In this document: positions 1 through 9,667 of the stretch, piece by piece
How positions within the stretch are numbered: position 1 is the first letter of the stretch
Layout: each line of letters starts with the position of its first letter
Source of the DNA: an uncultured Candidatus Saccharibacteria bacterium
Lineage (GTDB): Bacteria; Patescibacteriota; Minisyncoccia; UBA6257; 2-01-FULL-56-20
Length of the DNA stretch: 64,000 nucleotides
Direction of reading: 5' to 3'
Assembly: GCA_965231155.1 (NCBI GenBank)
Contig: OZ246418.1
Span: 238,850 to 302,849 of the forward strand
Notes under the pieces: generated by a model
The model's input: only the letters and a program-made list of their open reading frames with translations
Told to the model about the DNA's origin: nothing
Databases searched by the model: none
Made by a program: the position numbers and the translations under genes

Positions 1-22
1 TATTTAGTTTTTTCTTACTCTC

Positions 23-469
23 TTAGAAATGCATTCCTCGGCCCATTCCCTTACCGAGTCGTGCCTTGCCATTCTCCATCACCTTCTGCATGACCGAAAG
101 TCGCTGATCAGCCTGAGCCTGAGTAATCACTCCTTTAGTAACGAGTGTTTGAAGATGCGTTTTCATCATAGTCAGATGCGCCTCCTTCATCTTTGCTTTT
201 AACTGCTCAGGAGTAATATTTTTATCAGTAGCAATCTGTTGTAACGTCTTTCCCTCAGCCCAGCCTTTTTTCACCTCATCAACGGTAATGCCTAAAAGCT
301 GTGCCTGGTTCTGAAACATTGCCGTCTGCCGAGTAGCGATTTCATCGGCCGAAAGGTTATTCATCATTCCAAATCCACCGCCCAAACCATGTGCCGAAGC
401 CACCCCCGCACCAAGTAAGCTAAACCCTAACACTGCCGGAACGAAGTAGACAAAAATCTTCTGTTTCAT
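23..469 (-). CDS. Secreted small helical protein, probable ECF-sigma target
   Basis: Signal peptide ending ASA, Met/Gly-rich termini, ECF-type promoter upstream. Confidence 0.75.
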   Translation of the reverse strand: MKQKIFVYFVPAVLGFSLLGAGVASAHGLGGGFGMMNNLSADEIATRQTAMFQNQAQLLGITVDEVKKGWAEGKTLQQIATDKNITPEQLKAKMKEAHLTMMKTHLQTLVTKGVITQAQADQRLSVMQKVMENGKARLGKGMGRGMHF

Positions 470-611
470 AATTTTTAATTTCTATTTTATTTATTCTTTT
501 ATTAATCTTCGCTTCTCTATTCCTAGGCACAGAGATCGAAGATGAGGGATGGGCCGCGACGGAAAGCTTCCTCTCGTTCGACCCTTTCGTCCCGCCCATC
601 CCTCGCCCTAT

Positions 612-640
612 TTACTACAACGAAGGCTTTCTTATGTTGC
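612..640 (-). promoter_or_regulatory. Putative ECF sigma promoter, copy 1
   Basis: Minus strand GCAACAT-N13-TTGTAGTAA, same motif and spacing as 1951-1979. Confidence 0.7.
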
Positions 641-648
641 ACTGCCCT

Positions 649-1353
649 CTAACGCGAGGGGAGTCGTCGCACACCAACAGCTTGCACGGTGCCACTACTC
701 TCCGGACCAAAGATGATGACTGCATCCTTAGCCATAAACACTCGCCCTGAGGGCATCCGCGTACTGGAGGTGATAAACACTGTCGATGTTTCTCCTCTTC
801 TTGTTGTTATCAAGAAACCACCAGGGAGGACTTCTTCAATTACTCCTTTGCGCACCTCTTGCATACGAGGCGCTCCGAAATCACGATAAAAACGACCAAC
901 ACCACGGATATGATGCTCCTGTGCGAAATTACGAAATTGATTGTGGAAGTCTGCTCGAGAAATGAGGAAGCCTCCAGCGATAGCGAATGCCACAATACTA
1001 AGTATGGAATAGAGCAGGGGTCGTCGATAGGCGAATGAGTACTTCCTCACCATCACTTCCAAAATAAACATGAATACAAGCACGAAAAGAATGAGTAACC
1101 AGGGCAACGAGCGGAAAAAAAGAATCCAACCACCGAGCCCATAGACTGGCGCAAACCACACTCCCGCCTCGAAGACTTCAAAGATTACAAAGCTGGCGAG
1201 ATAAAGAACGGCGAGGAAAAGAACGCCAACGCCAGTTGCCAAAAGCGCTGCCTGCAAAACAAAATATTTCTTAGAGTGCATGGCGATCCGGCGTTCCTTG
1301 ATTGCTTTTAAGACCTCCTCCTCTACTGTTTTTTTCTTTTCCTCCTCAGACAT
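649..1353 (-). CDS. Membrane protein (3 TM plus C-terminal beta domain), possible anti-sigma factor
   Basis: Hydrophobic segments; directly downstream of the ECF sigma gene. Confidence 0.7.
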   Translation of the reverse strand: MSEEEKKKTVEEEVLKAIKERRIAMHSKKYFVLQAALLATGVGVLFLAVLYLASFVIFEVFEAGVWFAPVYGLGGWILFFRSLPWLLILFVLVFMFILEVMVRKYSFAYRRPLLYSILSIVAFAIAGGFLISRADFHNQFRNFAQEHHIRGVGRFYRDFGAPRMQEVRKGVIEEVLPGGFLITTRRGETSTVFITSSTRMPSGRVFMAKDAVIIFGPESSGTVQAVGVRRLPSR

Positions 1354-1366
1354 GTTTTTTAAATAA

Positions 1367-1930
1367 TTATACTGGCTCGACTATTTTCTGGAGTAACAAC
1401 CGCCCTCGACGAAGACGTGAACTGACGGTTGGCACAGGAAGATGAAGAATCTCGGAAATTTCGTTATAGTTTTTATCTTCGTAATAGTAGAGCACCAGCG
1501 GTTCTCGATAGATTGCACCAATTTTATCGAGCGCTTTATCCAACATCCGCCTTACCTCTTCACGTTTCGCTTCGCCATCGGCAGTGTCAGGAGCCACTGG
1601 CTGAGGAAACAAGACATCGAGATCGAAGAAGAAAAGTGGTCCTCGCTCTCTTTTTTTAATGGCGTTGATGAACTCATTATGAGCAATGCGATATATCCAG
1701 GGAGAAAAACGTTGAGAGAGATCGAAACTCTGGATATTCACGTATGACTTTATAAAAACTTCCTGCACGATATCTTTCACCTCTTCGCCACGAAGCAGAA
1801 ACTTCCGCGCGTAACGAGTAATCTTCTCTTCATATCGCGCCACTAATACACCAAACGCTTCGGTGTCTCCACCTTGCACACGTTTAGCAATCTCTTCATC
1901 TGATTCGAGCTCTAGAGAGGAAGAAGCCAT
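1367..1930 (-). CDS. ECF RNA polymerase sigma-70 factor
   Basis: Region 2 (DIVQEVFIK, FSPWIYRIAHN) and region 4 HTH (YNEISEILHLPVPTVSSRLRRGR). Confidence 0.95.
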   Translation of the reverse strand: MASSSLELESDEEIAKRVQGGDTEAFGVLVARYEEKITRYARKFLLRGEEVKDIVQEVFIKSYVNIQSFDLSQRFSPWIYRIAHNEFINAIKKRERGPLFFFDLDVLFPQPVAPDTADGEAKREEVRRMLDKALDKIGAIYREPLVLYYYEDKNYNEISEILHLPVPTVSSRLRRGRLLLQKIVEPV

Positions 1931-1950
1931 ATAGAGGAAGCTTGCCTATC

Positions 1951-1979
1951 TTACTACAAAAAAGCAAACCTAATGTTGC
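1951..1979 (-). promoter_or_regulatory. Putative ECF sigma autoregulatory promoter, copy 2
   Basis: GCAACAT-N13-TTGTAGTAA about 20 nt upstream of the sigma ATG. Confidence 0.7.
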
Positions 1980-2196
1980 TCACTAAGAGAAAAACCCTCT
2001 CTTCAGAGTAGTTTTTGCAACACTAAAGAGGGGGTACGAGAGCTGGGGGTCCGAAGACGCACCCAGCCCTCGCACGAGGATCGCGAGGAGCTCGCCCTAG
2101 GGGGTTAGCTCGACTCGCAGGAGGAATGGAAGATAGCGGGCCGCGCAGCTGAGGAGCTACGCGGATGATACTGCTGCTGAAGATCGAGCAACTTCG

Positions 2197-2649
2197 TCAG
2201 GCTCGCAACGCCTGCGCCTTGAAGATGGTCGAGGCGAAGACGCCGGTATCGCTCGTCTGCTGACCGCCATGTGCCGTCGTCGGAGTTCCGCCCGTCAGGT
2301 GCGCAACCGCGCCAGCCAAGAAGGGGTTCATCGCCACGCTCGGATCGCTCTTCGTCAGACCGCCGCTTTGGGTTTTCGCCACCGATCCGGTGTCGAAGTC
2401 ACTGCGGTCAGTCGCCGCCGGAGAACCACTCACCATCTGGTCGCTCTTCGTCGCGACGTCGAACTGCACTGCCTGGGCTTTGTCCTTGGCATCGGCCACC
2501 AGATCGGGCGGGACGACGCCATGCTCCACCGAAACGCTCGGCGGCGCCTTGGTTGCCGCGGCAGCAGCGGGGTGAGAGGTAATGAGGCCGATGGCCCCAA
2601 CCAAAGCCAGAGTCGAAACTCCGGCCAACCACTGTGAGATACGTCGCAT
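2197..2649 (-). CDS. GC-rich secreted Ala/Thr-rich hypothetical protein
   Basis: AGGAGG SD before ATG at 2649; signal peptide MRRISQWLAG...PAAAA. Confidence 0.7.
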   Translation of the reverse strand: MRRISQWLAGVSTLALVGAIGLITSHPAAAAATKAPPSVSVEHGVVPPDLVADAKDKAQAVQFDVATKSDQMVSGSPAATDRSDFDTGSVAKTQSGGLTKSDPSVAMNPFLAGAVAHLTGGTPTTAHGGQQTSDTGVFASTIFKAQALRA

Positions 2650-2997
2650 GAGCGACCTCCTTTTGCGAGACAATCTAGTGTCCCGCGGGCTAGGGATGGG
2701 TTGCGCGGAGATTAAGGCCCTCCGCATGGCCCCTCGGCTCCAACAACCTCTTCTTCCACAATGGACCACAGATCCACCACACCACCACGGTCCTCAGCAG
2801 CCACAACAGCCACTCATCTTGCAATCACCAGGACTGCAACCGTTTCCTTTCCATTCCAGTGAGGCGAGGATTTTGGCTCCGTAAGCAGAGCGGGGACAAA
2901 ACTCTCGCCTCACATATTCATTTAAAGTTCTGAGAATAATTCTACCCCTCAGGATAATTTTTGCAATATCTAAGCCCAGGAATGTGGATAACCAGTC

Positions 2998-4086
2998 CTA
3001 GAGAGTAATTAAGCTTTTTCGAGCCTTCGTCAGTTCCTTCAGCTTCCCTTTTTCTATAGCATAAAGGTCTTCGATCCGCACTCCGCCAAACCCTGGAATA
3101 TAAATCCCCGGCTCAATCGAAAAAACCATCCCCTCCTGAAGGAGGTTATTGGTCCGCGGAGAAAGATGAGGTAGTTCATGCACCTGGAGTCCAATGCCAT
3201 GACCAAGGGAATGCGAAAAATCCGGGAAGCCCTGTTTTCTAATATACTCACGAGCCACTAGGTCAACTTCGGACGCCTTCACCCTGCTTGTTATATGTTT
3301 CTTTATATACTCCCCAGCTTCCTTCTGTGCTCCAAGGACCGCCTGATGCATTTTCTTCTGTTTCTCTGAAGGCGTTCCATAAAAAATAGTTCGCGTCATA
3401 TCCGAGCAGTACCCATTTATCTTCGTACCAAAATCGAGAAGAATAAACTCGCCCTTAGATCCCTTGAGTTTTGTCTGACCAGTGTGATGATGCGGTACTG
3501 AGGAGTTTTTTCCGAAGGCCACAATTGTTTCAAATGAGAGTTTTCCTCCCTTACTTTTTATAAATTTCTCCATCTCCCAGGCCACCTCCACTTCTTTTAT
3601 TCCTGGTGTAATAATCTTCAGAATATGCTCAAACGTCTGATCGCCAAGCCAACAGGCCTTCTCAATATTCCTTATCTCCCAGCTTTCTTTAATCACCCGG
3701 AGAGATTCGATATCAACTCCTTTTACTTTAGAAATCGCGCGAGTAAACAACTTATGTTCTGAGACCTTGAGGTCGCTTTCCTCGATTCCCACCGTGCGAA
3801 TCTTCTGCTCTTTCGTAATGCCCTTCAGTAACTCCAAAAAAGAAACTCCGCGTCCTAATTCAACCAGTTCAAAATCCTTCACCTGTTTTTTAACCGCCTC
3901 GCTATATCGTCCATCGGTAAAGATATAGTTTTTCTTTTTAGTAATGAGCAGATAGGCTTCCCGCTCCTCAGTAGAAAAGTTGGAGTAGTCCGTCAGATAA
4001 CTGATGTGGGCTACCGAAGAAATCAGCACTGCATCAACCTTATTCTTTTTCAGTACCTGTCGAATAACAATAATGTGTTTACTCAT
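2998..4086 (-). CDS. Xaa-Pro aminopeptidase (M24)
   Basis: DFG..GYCSDMTRT, HSLGHGIGLQVHE, EPGIY, GVRIED. Confidence 0.95.
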   Translation of the reverse strand: MSKHIIVIRQVLKKNKVDAVLISSVAHISYLTDYSNFSTEEREAYLLITKKKNYIFTDGRYSEAVKKQVKDFELVELGRGVSFLELLKGITKEQKIRTVGIEESDLKVSEHKLFTRAISKVKGVDIESLRVIKESWEIRNIEKACWLGDQTFEHILKIITPGIKEVEVAWEMEKFIKSKGGKLSFETIVAFGKNSSVPHHHTGQTKLKGSKGEFILLDFGTKINGYCSDMTRTIFYGTPSEKQKKMHQAVLGAQKEAGEYIKKHITSRVKASEVDLVAREYIRKQGFPDFSHSLGHGIGLQVHELPHLSPRTNNLLQEGMVFSIEPGIYIPGFGGVRIEDLYAIEKGKLKELTKARKSLITL

Positions 4087-4178
4087 TTTTCCATTATAAC
4101 TTCTTACGAAATATCCTGCTTATACGAACACCTTTGAATATTTTTGAGTTCCTGCGAGTTGGTAAGTAAAAAAATGCC

Positions 4179-4574
4179 TCAGCTATAAAGCGCTGAGGCT
4201 GGGTCACGATTTGTTCTTCGGAGTAATCCTGGACGCCTCTCCCTTTCGGCCGAGCTACTCCACTCCTTCACCCCACGACGGAGATACTCGGGACTGATTT
4301 CGAGCATCTCGCAGATATTTTCAAAGGAGAAGGGCCAGCGACGATCATTGTCCATGATCCACTGTTCAGCATCTCTGAAGAGATCCTTCCCGCGAAATCC
4401 TCTCGCCCCCCAATACTTCTGATAACAATCGAGGGCATCCTGCAGTACTGCGAGCATGAGCCTCTTCTCTCCGCGGACATTACTTCCCCCGCGAAAAGCA
4501 ACGTAGAACTGAGCCGGCAGTATTGTATCCGGCTCAAATAAAATACTACTCTGAACCCCTGCATTGAATGCCAT
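4179..4574 (-). CDS. Hypothetical protein (EKRLMLAVLQDA...FSFENICE family)
   Basis: Strong SD AGGAGG before ATG at 4574. Confidence 0.7.
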   Translation of the reverse strand: MAFNAGVQSSILFEPDTILPAQFYVAFRGGSNVRGEKRLMLAVLQDALDCYQKYWGARGFRGKDLFRDAEQWIMDNDRRWPFSFENICEMLEISPEYLRRGVKEWSSSAERERRPGLLRRTNRDPASALYS

Positions 4575-4699
4575 CTGCACTCCTCCTTGATGACCTGGCG
4601 CCATCATACTGAATACTTTTCCCTGAAACAAGCCCCTCACTTCTTCGTGTTTATTATCAAAAAAATCGCCAGACTCAGATGAGGTGGCGAAAGAATCTC

Positions 4700-4894
4700 C
4701 TATTCGATGGTTCGGCAAGAAAAGCGAAGTAGGAGAAGGAGGGCGATAAAAGAAACTGCAATGACTCCTACTCCCGCCAGGATCCCCCAGACGAAAACGA
4801 TCCCGCTAAGGAGGGCTACCGAAACGAGGAAAACAAGCGGTAGGGATATTTCCGGTGAAAAGGCTCCCTCTTCCTCTTCTTTATATTCAGTCAT
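4700..4894 (-). CDS. Small 2-TM membrane protein
   Basis: SD GAGGAG; hydrophobic. Confidence 0.55.
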   Translation of the reverse strand: MTEYKEEEEGAFSPEISLPLVFLVSVALLSGIVFVWGILAGVGVIAVSFIALLLLLRFSCRTIE

Positions 4895-4995
4895 GCGCGC
4901 TCCTCTCTATGGCTAAGAATACCTCTCTCAACAAAGATGTAAAGATCTTTTGTGTTATTGCAATTTATTCTCCCCGCTCCACGAAAAAAACAAGC

Positions 4996-6699
4996 CTATA
5001 CCACCTCGGCCTGATAACACTGCTCACAGTAAACAATCTCCGGACGGTCTGGTGCGTAGGAGGTTTCTATTTCTTTGGCACACTTACTGCAGGTGCGGTG
5101 ATATAGGCGGGGTAGATTTGTCCGGACAAGACGTGCTTTTTGGCGACAACCCTGGCACCTGGTCGGCAGTGGAAGTGTAAATCTCCTCATTAAACTTATC
5201 TCTCCGGGCACAACTCGAAAGGCTTTACCGCACTCTTCGCACCCAATCGTCTCGTTCAATACTGAGTCATTAGTCTTTTCTATCCTGTCTGGAAGATGAG
5301 ATCCTTTAATAGTAATCGAGGGCTGATTTGTCTCTCCCTCATACCAACCAAACCCCTCCCGAGCTGCCTCTTCTTTCGTCTTTGGGAAAAATAACTGGGC
5401 GAGCGTTTCGTTGTAGGCAAATGAAGAAAGACTGCAAGGTAAAAACTCGCCATAAGACCAGATTCTTCCCTGAGAATCAATATAAGGGTTCTTTTTCATA
5501 TCCTCCTCGATCTGTGCCACTAACTTCTCATACACTTCTTTCGGATACTGCTTGTTCAAAATACAGTAGTCTTTACGCTTAAGATTAATACACCCAAATA
5601 CATGCTTCGCAGAAATAGCATAGACTGAGTATTGGTTATCCAGCGCGTCAGGCCAACACTCAAAAGAAAACTTCACATCGCTCGCCCCTTCGCCAATAAC
5701 CGCTCCTTCATATATTCTTTCTGCACCATTCCCCCAACCGGAGTAATCGTAGACATCACGTGCGGCTGGGAAACTCACAAACTGCACAAAACGACCATCC
5801 TCAACACTCGTTATCATGTAGGCATCCTTCACATTCTTCGATTCGTAGACATAATCACCAGTTACGCCCACATTCAGACTATTCCCAACATATACTCTTC
5901 GTGGATGTTTATTCCAAAACTCATAGGCTTTTTTCTGCATGGCTTCCAGAGAAGCACGAGACTGGAGATTCATCTCCTCAAGCTTTTTAAAATACCCTTC
6001 TTTTGTGTATTGCTCATTCCAGATACAGTAGCTCTTACTCCGCAAGTTCACGCATCCAAAACAGTTCGTACAGCCTGTGCAGCTTCGAGAGAACCACAGA
6101 TCGCTACAAGAGTCACACTCCTCAGAGAAAAATGTCTGATAGCACTTACTGCATCCCACATCCTCATAACACAGCTCACTCTCTTTCATTCGATAGCAAT
6201 CGAGTGAGTCTTTAAGTGCATTCAAAAAAGTAGAATAGTAGGCATTTTCACAATAGTCGGCCCAAAAAATAAGATAACTATCTTTGCAGTGACCAAGCGC
6301 GTTTGAGTAATCACAGTTTTTGTTTGTGAGGTAGGCAGCTTCAAGAGCTTGCCAAGGAGTTTTCTCGGCGAGCTCCTTTAGCTGAAGCAAAAACGGTCGA
6401 GAGGGATCATAGTCCATTCCGTACTCAAGACCATCCCAATCATCTGACCACCAACAGGGCATACAGTAGACAGTCTTCTTCTTATCTGGGGAGTAGATAG
6501 TGAGCATGCTCTTTTCACACTTGGCACAGTTACGCTTATAAAGACTCCAGATGTTCGTAAAGGCGAAGCGCCGCATCATTCGACACTCCGGACACCAGGT
6601 CGGCGGAGGAACTGACATTTTTTTATAGAAATCAAAATCCTGGGGTTCGACGGTAAAACTCGCTTTGCAGTTTTGACAACCCTTGGTCTCTGAATTCAT
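4996..6699 (-). CDS. Cys-rich repeat/zinc-ribbon protein (CPR-expanded family), paralog 1
   Basis: CxxC pairs, PPTWCPECR, CFGCVNLR repeats, YCEQCYQAEVV end. Confidence 0.85.
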   Translation of the reverse strand: MNSETKGCQNCKASFTVEPQDFDFYKKMSVPPPTWCPECRMMRRFAFTNIWSLYKRNCAKCEKSMLTIYSPDKKKTVYCMPCWWSDDWDGLEYGMDYDPSRPFLLQLKELAEKTPWQALEAAYLTNKNCDYSNALGHCKDSYLIFWADYCENAYYSTFLNALKDSLDCYRMKESELCYEDVGCSKCYQTFFSEECDSCSDLWFSRSCTGCTNCFGCVNLRSKSYCIWNEQYTKEGYFKKLEEMNLQSRASLEAMQKKAYEFWNKHPRRVYVGNSLNVGVTGDYVYESKNVKDAYMITSVEDGRFVQFVSFPAARDVYDYSGWGNGAERIYEGAVIGEGASDVKFSFECWPDALDNQYSVYAISAKHVFGCINLKRKDYCILNKQYPKEVYEKLVAQIEEDMKKNPYIDSQGRIWSYGEFLPCSLSSFAYNETLAQLFFPKTKEEAAREGFGWYEGETNQPSITIKGSHLPDRIEKTNDSVLNETIGCEECGKAFRVVPGEISLMRRFTLPLPTRCQGCRQKARLVRTNLPRLYHRTCSKCAKEIETSYAPDRPEIVYCEQCYQAEVV

Positions 6700-6709
6700 A
6701 TTCCGCTTA

Positions 6710-8467
6710 TTATACTACTTCCGCTTGGTAGCATGACTCACAGTAAACAATCTCCGGGCGGTCTGGTGCGTAGGAGGTTTCAAAATGTTCGGAGCAAGGA
6801 GTAGCTCCGTGGACGTGAGAGGCATTGTTTTTATAACCATTTTTTCTTGCTTCTTCACCACCACACTCACACTGACGCTCAAAGTAGCGAGGCGGATTAA
6901 CCAATGACGCCCGACGAGCAGCACGACACGGCACGCAGGTTCTTGGTAACGGCAGATTCATCTGTCGTAAAAACTGTAATTCAGAAGCAATGATCCTATA
7001 GGCTCGCTTGCATGAACTGCACTGAATCAATTCCTTTAAAATCTCCTCGCTTACCTCCGCAATGGTCGCTGGCAAACTATCAGCCGTACGTGTTGTCTCG
7101 TACTCTCGGACATCTGGATCTCGCCAAAAAACATTCTTTGCCGTAGCTTCTTCTTTAGTTAAAGGGAAGATTTCTTGGCGGGCGGTTTCATTATAGGCAA
7201 ACGGAGAAAACTCATCAGGACAAAATTCGCCATACTTATATATATTTCCCTTTGCATCCTTATAAGGCAATGCATTCATCTGCTCGATAATCTTCGGCAC
7301 TAAACGTTCGTACTCTTCTTTCGTGTACTGTTTATTCAAGATACAGTACTGCTTTTTCTTCAGAGAAACGCACCCAAAACAATCGGAAGATGAGCGACAG
7401 AAGAATGCGTACTCCATCGCCCGACATGAGGGCCAGGACTCAAAGCAAAACTTTTCCTGATTACATTGATCACCACAGGTCAGACACTCATACATCTGCG
7501 TGGCATTATTCCCCCAAGGACCATAGTCGTAACAGTCTTTTGTGCCAAGGTAAATATTATAAAGATACTTACTGTCCTGGGCGTCGTCTACAAAATAACT
7601 CGACTTCACATTCTTTACATTGTGTAGGTAATCCCCACTCGAATCAATAATCCGAAATCCCCGATAATATTTATTTGGAAAGGCCAGAGAAAACTCCCGA
7701 GTCTTTTTGAGCGCTGTCTGAAGACCACTCCAGGAATCTAGTTTCAGTTCGGCTATCTTTTTTTCATACTCCTCTTTACTGTACTGCTCATTAAAGAAGC
7801 AAAATGACTTCCCTCGTTGATTTACGCACCCGAAACAGTTCGTGCAGTTGGTACAGTTTTTAGAAAACCAGACATCAACACAGGCTTCGCAGTCCTCGGA
7901 AAATACTGTGCGATAGGAGTTATTCACCGACACGCACTCATACGAAGACTGGTTATCATTAGAAAGGGCGCAGTCAAAACAGGCGGTACACGCCGTACAC
8001 TGAGTTGTATAGGCCGAATCTTCCATGCGGTCACCATTAAAACAGAGATAGCAATTTTTAAAATAACCAGCCTGGTCACAGTAGTCAGAATTAACCATCC
8101 CCTGCACACTCTTCGATGGCCAGGGTACGGAGTAGAGCAGCTCTCTGAACTGTTCAAAGAAAGGACGAGAGAAATCATACTCGCGACCGTACTGGAGCGG
8201 GTCCCAGGCGTCTGATTTCCAGTACTCGTGATCGTAGACCGTGCTTTGAATGTTCGGTGGAAAGCCAGAAAATATCTCTTTCCCAGAAGCATCATCTTTC
8301 CGTCGAAAAAGTAGCCGGCCGTTCCGCCAGGCCAGACGCCGTTTTAACCGACACTCTGGACAGAAGGTCGGTGGAGGCACAGCCATCTTTTCATAGAATC
8401 CAAAATCTTGCGGTTCAATACTGAAATTCGCTTTGCAGTTTTGGCAGGTGCGGTTTTCTGATTCCAT
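6710..8467 (-). CDS. Cys-rich repeat/zinc-ribbon protein, paralog 2
   Basis: Same architecture as paralog 1. Confidence 0.85.
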   Translation of the reverse strand: MESENRTCQNCKANFSIEPQDFGFYEKMAVPPPTFCPECRLKRRLAWRNGRLLFRRKDDASGKEIFSGFPPNIQSTVYDHEYWKSDAWDPLQYGREYDFSRPFFEQFRELLYSVPWPSKSVQGMVNSDYCDQAGYFKNCYLCFNGDRMEDSAYTTQCTACTACFDCALSNDNQSSYECVSVNNSYRTVFSEDCEACVDVWFSKNCTNCTNCFGCVNQRGKSFCFFNEQYSKEEYEKKIAELKLDSWSGLQTALKKTREFSLAFPNKYYRGFRIIDSSGDYLHNVKNVKSSYFVDDAQDSKYLYNIYLGTKDCYDYGPWGNNATQMYECLTCGDQCNQEKFCFESWPSCRAMEYAFFCRSSSDCFGCVSLKKKQYCILNKQYTKEEYERLVPKIIEQMNALPYKDAKGNIYKYGEFCPDEFSPFAYNETARQEIFPLTKEEATAKNVFWRDPDVREYETTRTADSLPATIAEVSEEILKELIQCSSCKRAYRIIASELQFLRQMNLPLPRTCVPCRAARRASLVNPPRYFERQCECGGEEARKNGYKNNASHVHGATPCSEHFETSYAPDRPEIVYCESCYQAEVV

Positions 8468-8494
8468 TATATTTATTAAAAGAATACCATCTTC

Positions 8495-9094
8495 TTAACT
8501 GCGAATCATGCCCGCCTTCTGCAGTATCTCGTACTGATTAGGATTAAAACGTTTGATATACTCGATAATTTTTCCGGTTTTTCTGACCTCGGTGGAAATA
8601 CCTTTCTCCTCTAGGAAAGCGAGAATCTTTTTCTCGGCTTCTTCGGCTTTTAAGGCATCCTCGACCATGAGCTCAACCTCTCCTAGCTCAAAGCCAAAGT
8701 CTGCCTTATCAAGATCAACTGCAAACTCCTGATTCCTATATTTTCGACGCGTGGAGACAACTCGGCAAAAGACTGTATACCCACAAGCCTGCAGTTCTGT
8801 CTCGAGGGAAGATTCTTTAGGTAAATCGAGAGCAGTTTTTATTGCTTCGTCATCCTCAAGCTCTTCATATTGATTAGCTTTTCGCTTATCAAACTCCCAT
8901 TCATTATTAACTGGTTTTTTCAGTTCGAACCTCCCGTTTCTTTTTCTTAACCAAAAGTCCCGAGTGGTCAGTCCGTAATCTGCGGTATCATAATAAGCAT
9001 CATCAATCGTCTTTTCAGAGAGGAGCTGGGCTCCTTCGATTAATTTTTTCTCAGCTTCTCCCTCTAAGCTCACTTTTATTTCTACTTCAATCAT
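8495..9094 (-). CDS. CYTH domain protein
   Basis: EVEIK N-terminal motif, DAYYD, WLRKR, EVE. Confidence 0.9.
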   Translation of the reverse strand: MIEVEIKVSLEGEAEKKLIEGAQLLSEKTIDDAYYDTADYGLTTRDFWLRKRNGRFELKKPVNNEWEFDKRKANQYEELEDDEAIKTALDLPKESSLETELQACGYTVFCRVVSTRRKYRNQEFAVDLDKADFGFELGEVELMVEDALKAEEAEKKILAFLEEKGISTEVRKTGKIIEYIKRFNPNQYEILQKAGMIRS

Positions 9095-9103
9095 ACTTAG
9101 TAA

Positions 9104-9667
9104 CTATTTCTGACGGAGCTGATAGATTTGAGTATCGTAGCCTCTTTTCTCTTCGTCACCACGAGATAATCCTAGAGATTCTAAGGCTAGGAAAAGATCT
9201 TCTTGCACTTGTCCCGGATCAATGTCGTCAGTGGTTAGCTTCTCAAGCTCCACAAACGAACCAAGCTCCGCAACCTCATCAAGACAGATCTCATATTCTC
9301 CAAACCTTCCTTTGCGACGAACTTTTTTTACTTCAACTTGCGGTCGATAGCCCATAATTAATAATATCTGATGAATCGCCTCCGGGTCTTTGACCTCTGA
9401 TTCATACTCAATGTTGTCTAACTCGCTCGAACGTTGTTGCTTGAGATTAAATTCTGCTTTGCCATCTTCACGACGAATTCGAACTACGACATGACCAGTT
9501 TTTGACTCATCCCACTCATGGGTACTTCCTCCGAAAGAGTAGATAACATCGTGCTGATGGATGGGCGCCGAGAGAAAGCAACCTCTTTTTTCAAGCTGAG
9601 TCTTCAACTCCTCGAGACTGGAGACCCTCAGTTTAATTTCGATCTCACGCATATTTTTTGAAAACAC
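9104..9667 (-). CDS. CYTH domain protein (CyaB-like)
   Basis: EIEIK, RIR, CLDEV..LGSFVELE. Confidence 0.9.
   Translation of the reverse strand: MFSKNMREIEIKLRVSSLEELKTQLEKRGCFLSAPIHQHDVIYSFGGSTHEWDESKTGHVVVRIRREDGKAEFNLKQQRSSELDNIEYESEVKDPEAIHQILLIMGYRPQVEVKKVRRKGRFGEYEICLDEVAELGSFVELEKLTTDDIDPGQVQEDLFLALESLGLSRGDEEKRGYDTQIYQLRQK

Noticed and set aside
4996-8467. DGR template/variable repeat pair
   Set aside because: No reverse transcriptase, both copies are coding, and there is a single mismatch with no adenine-specific pattern.
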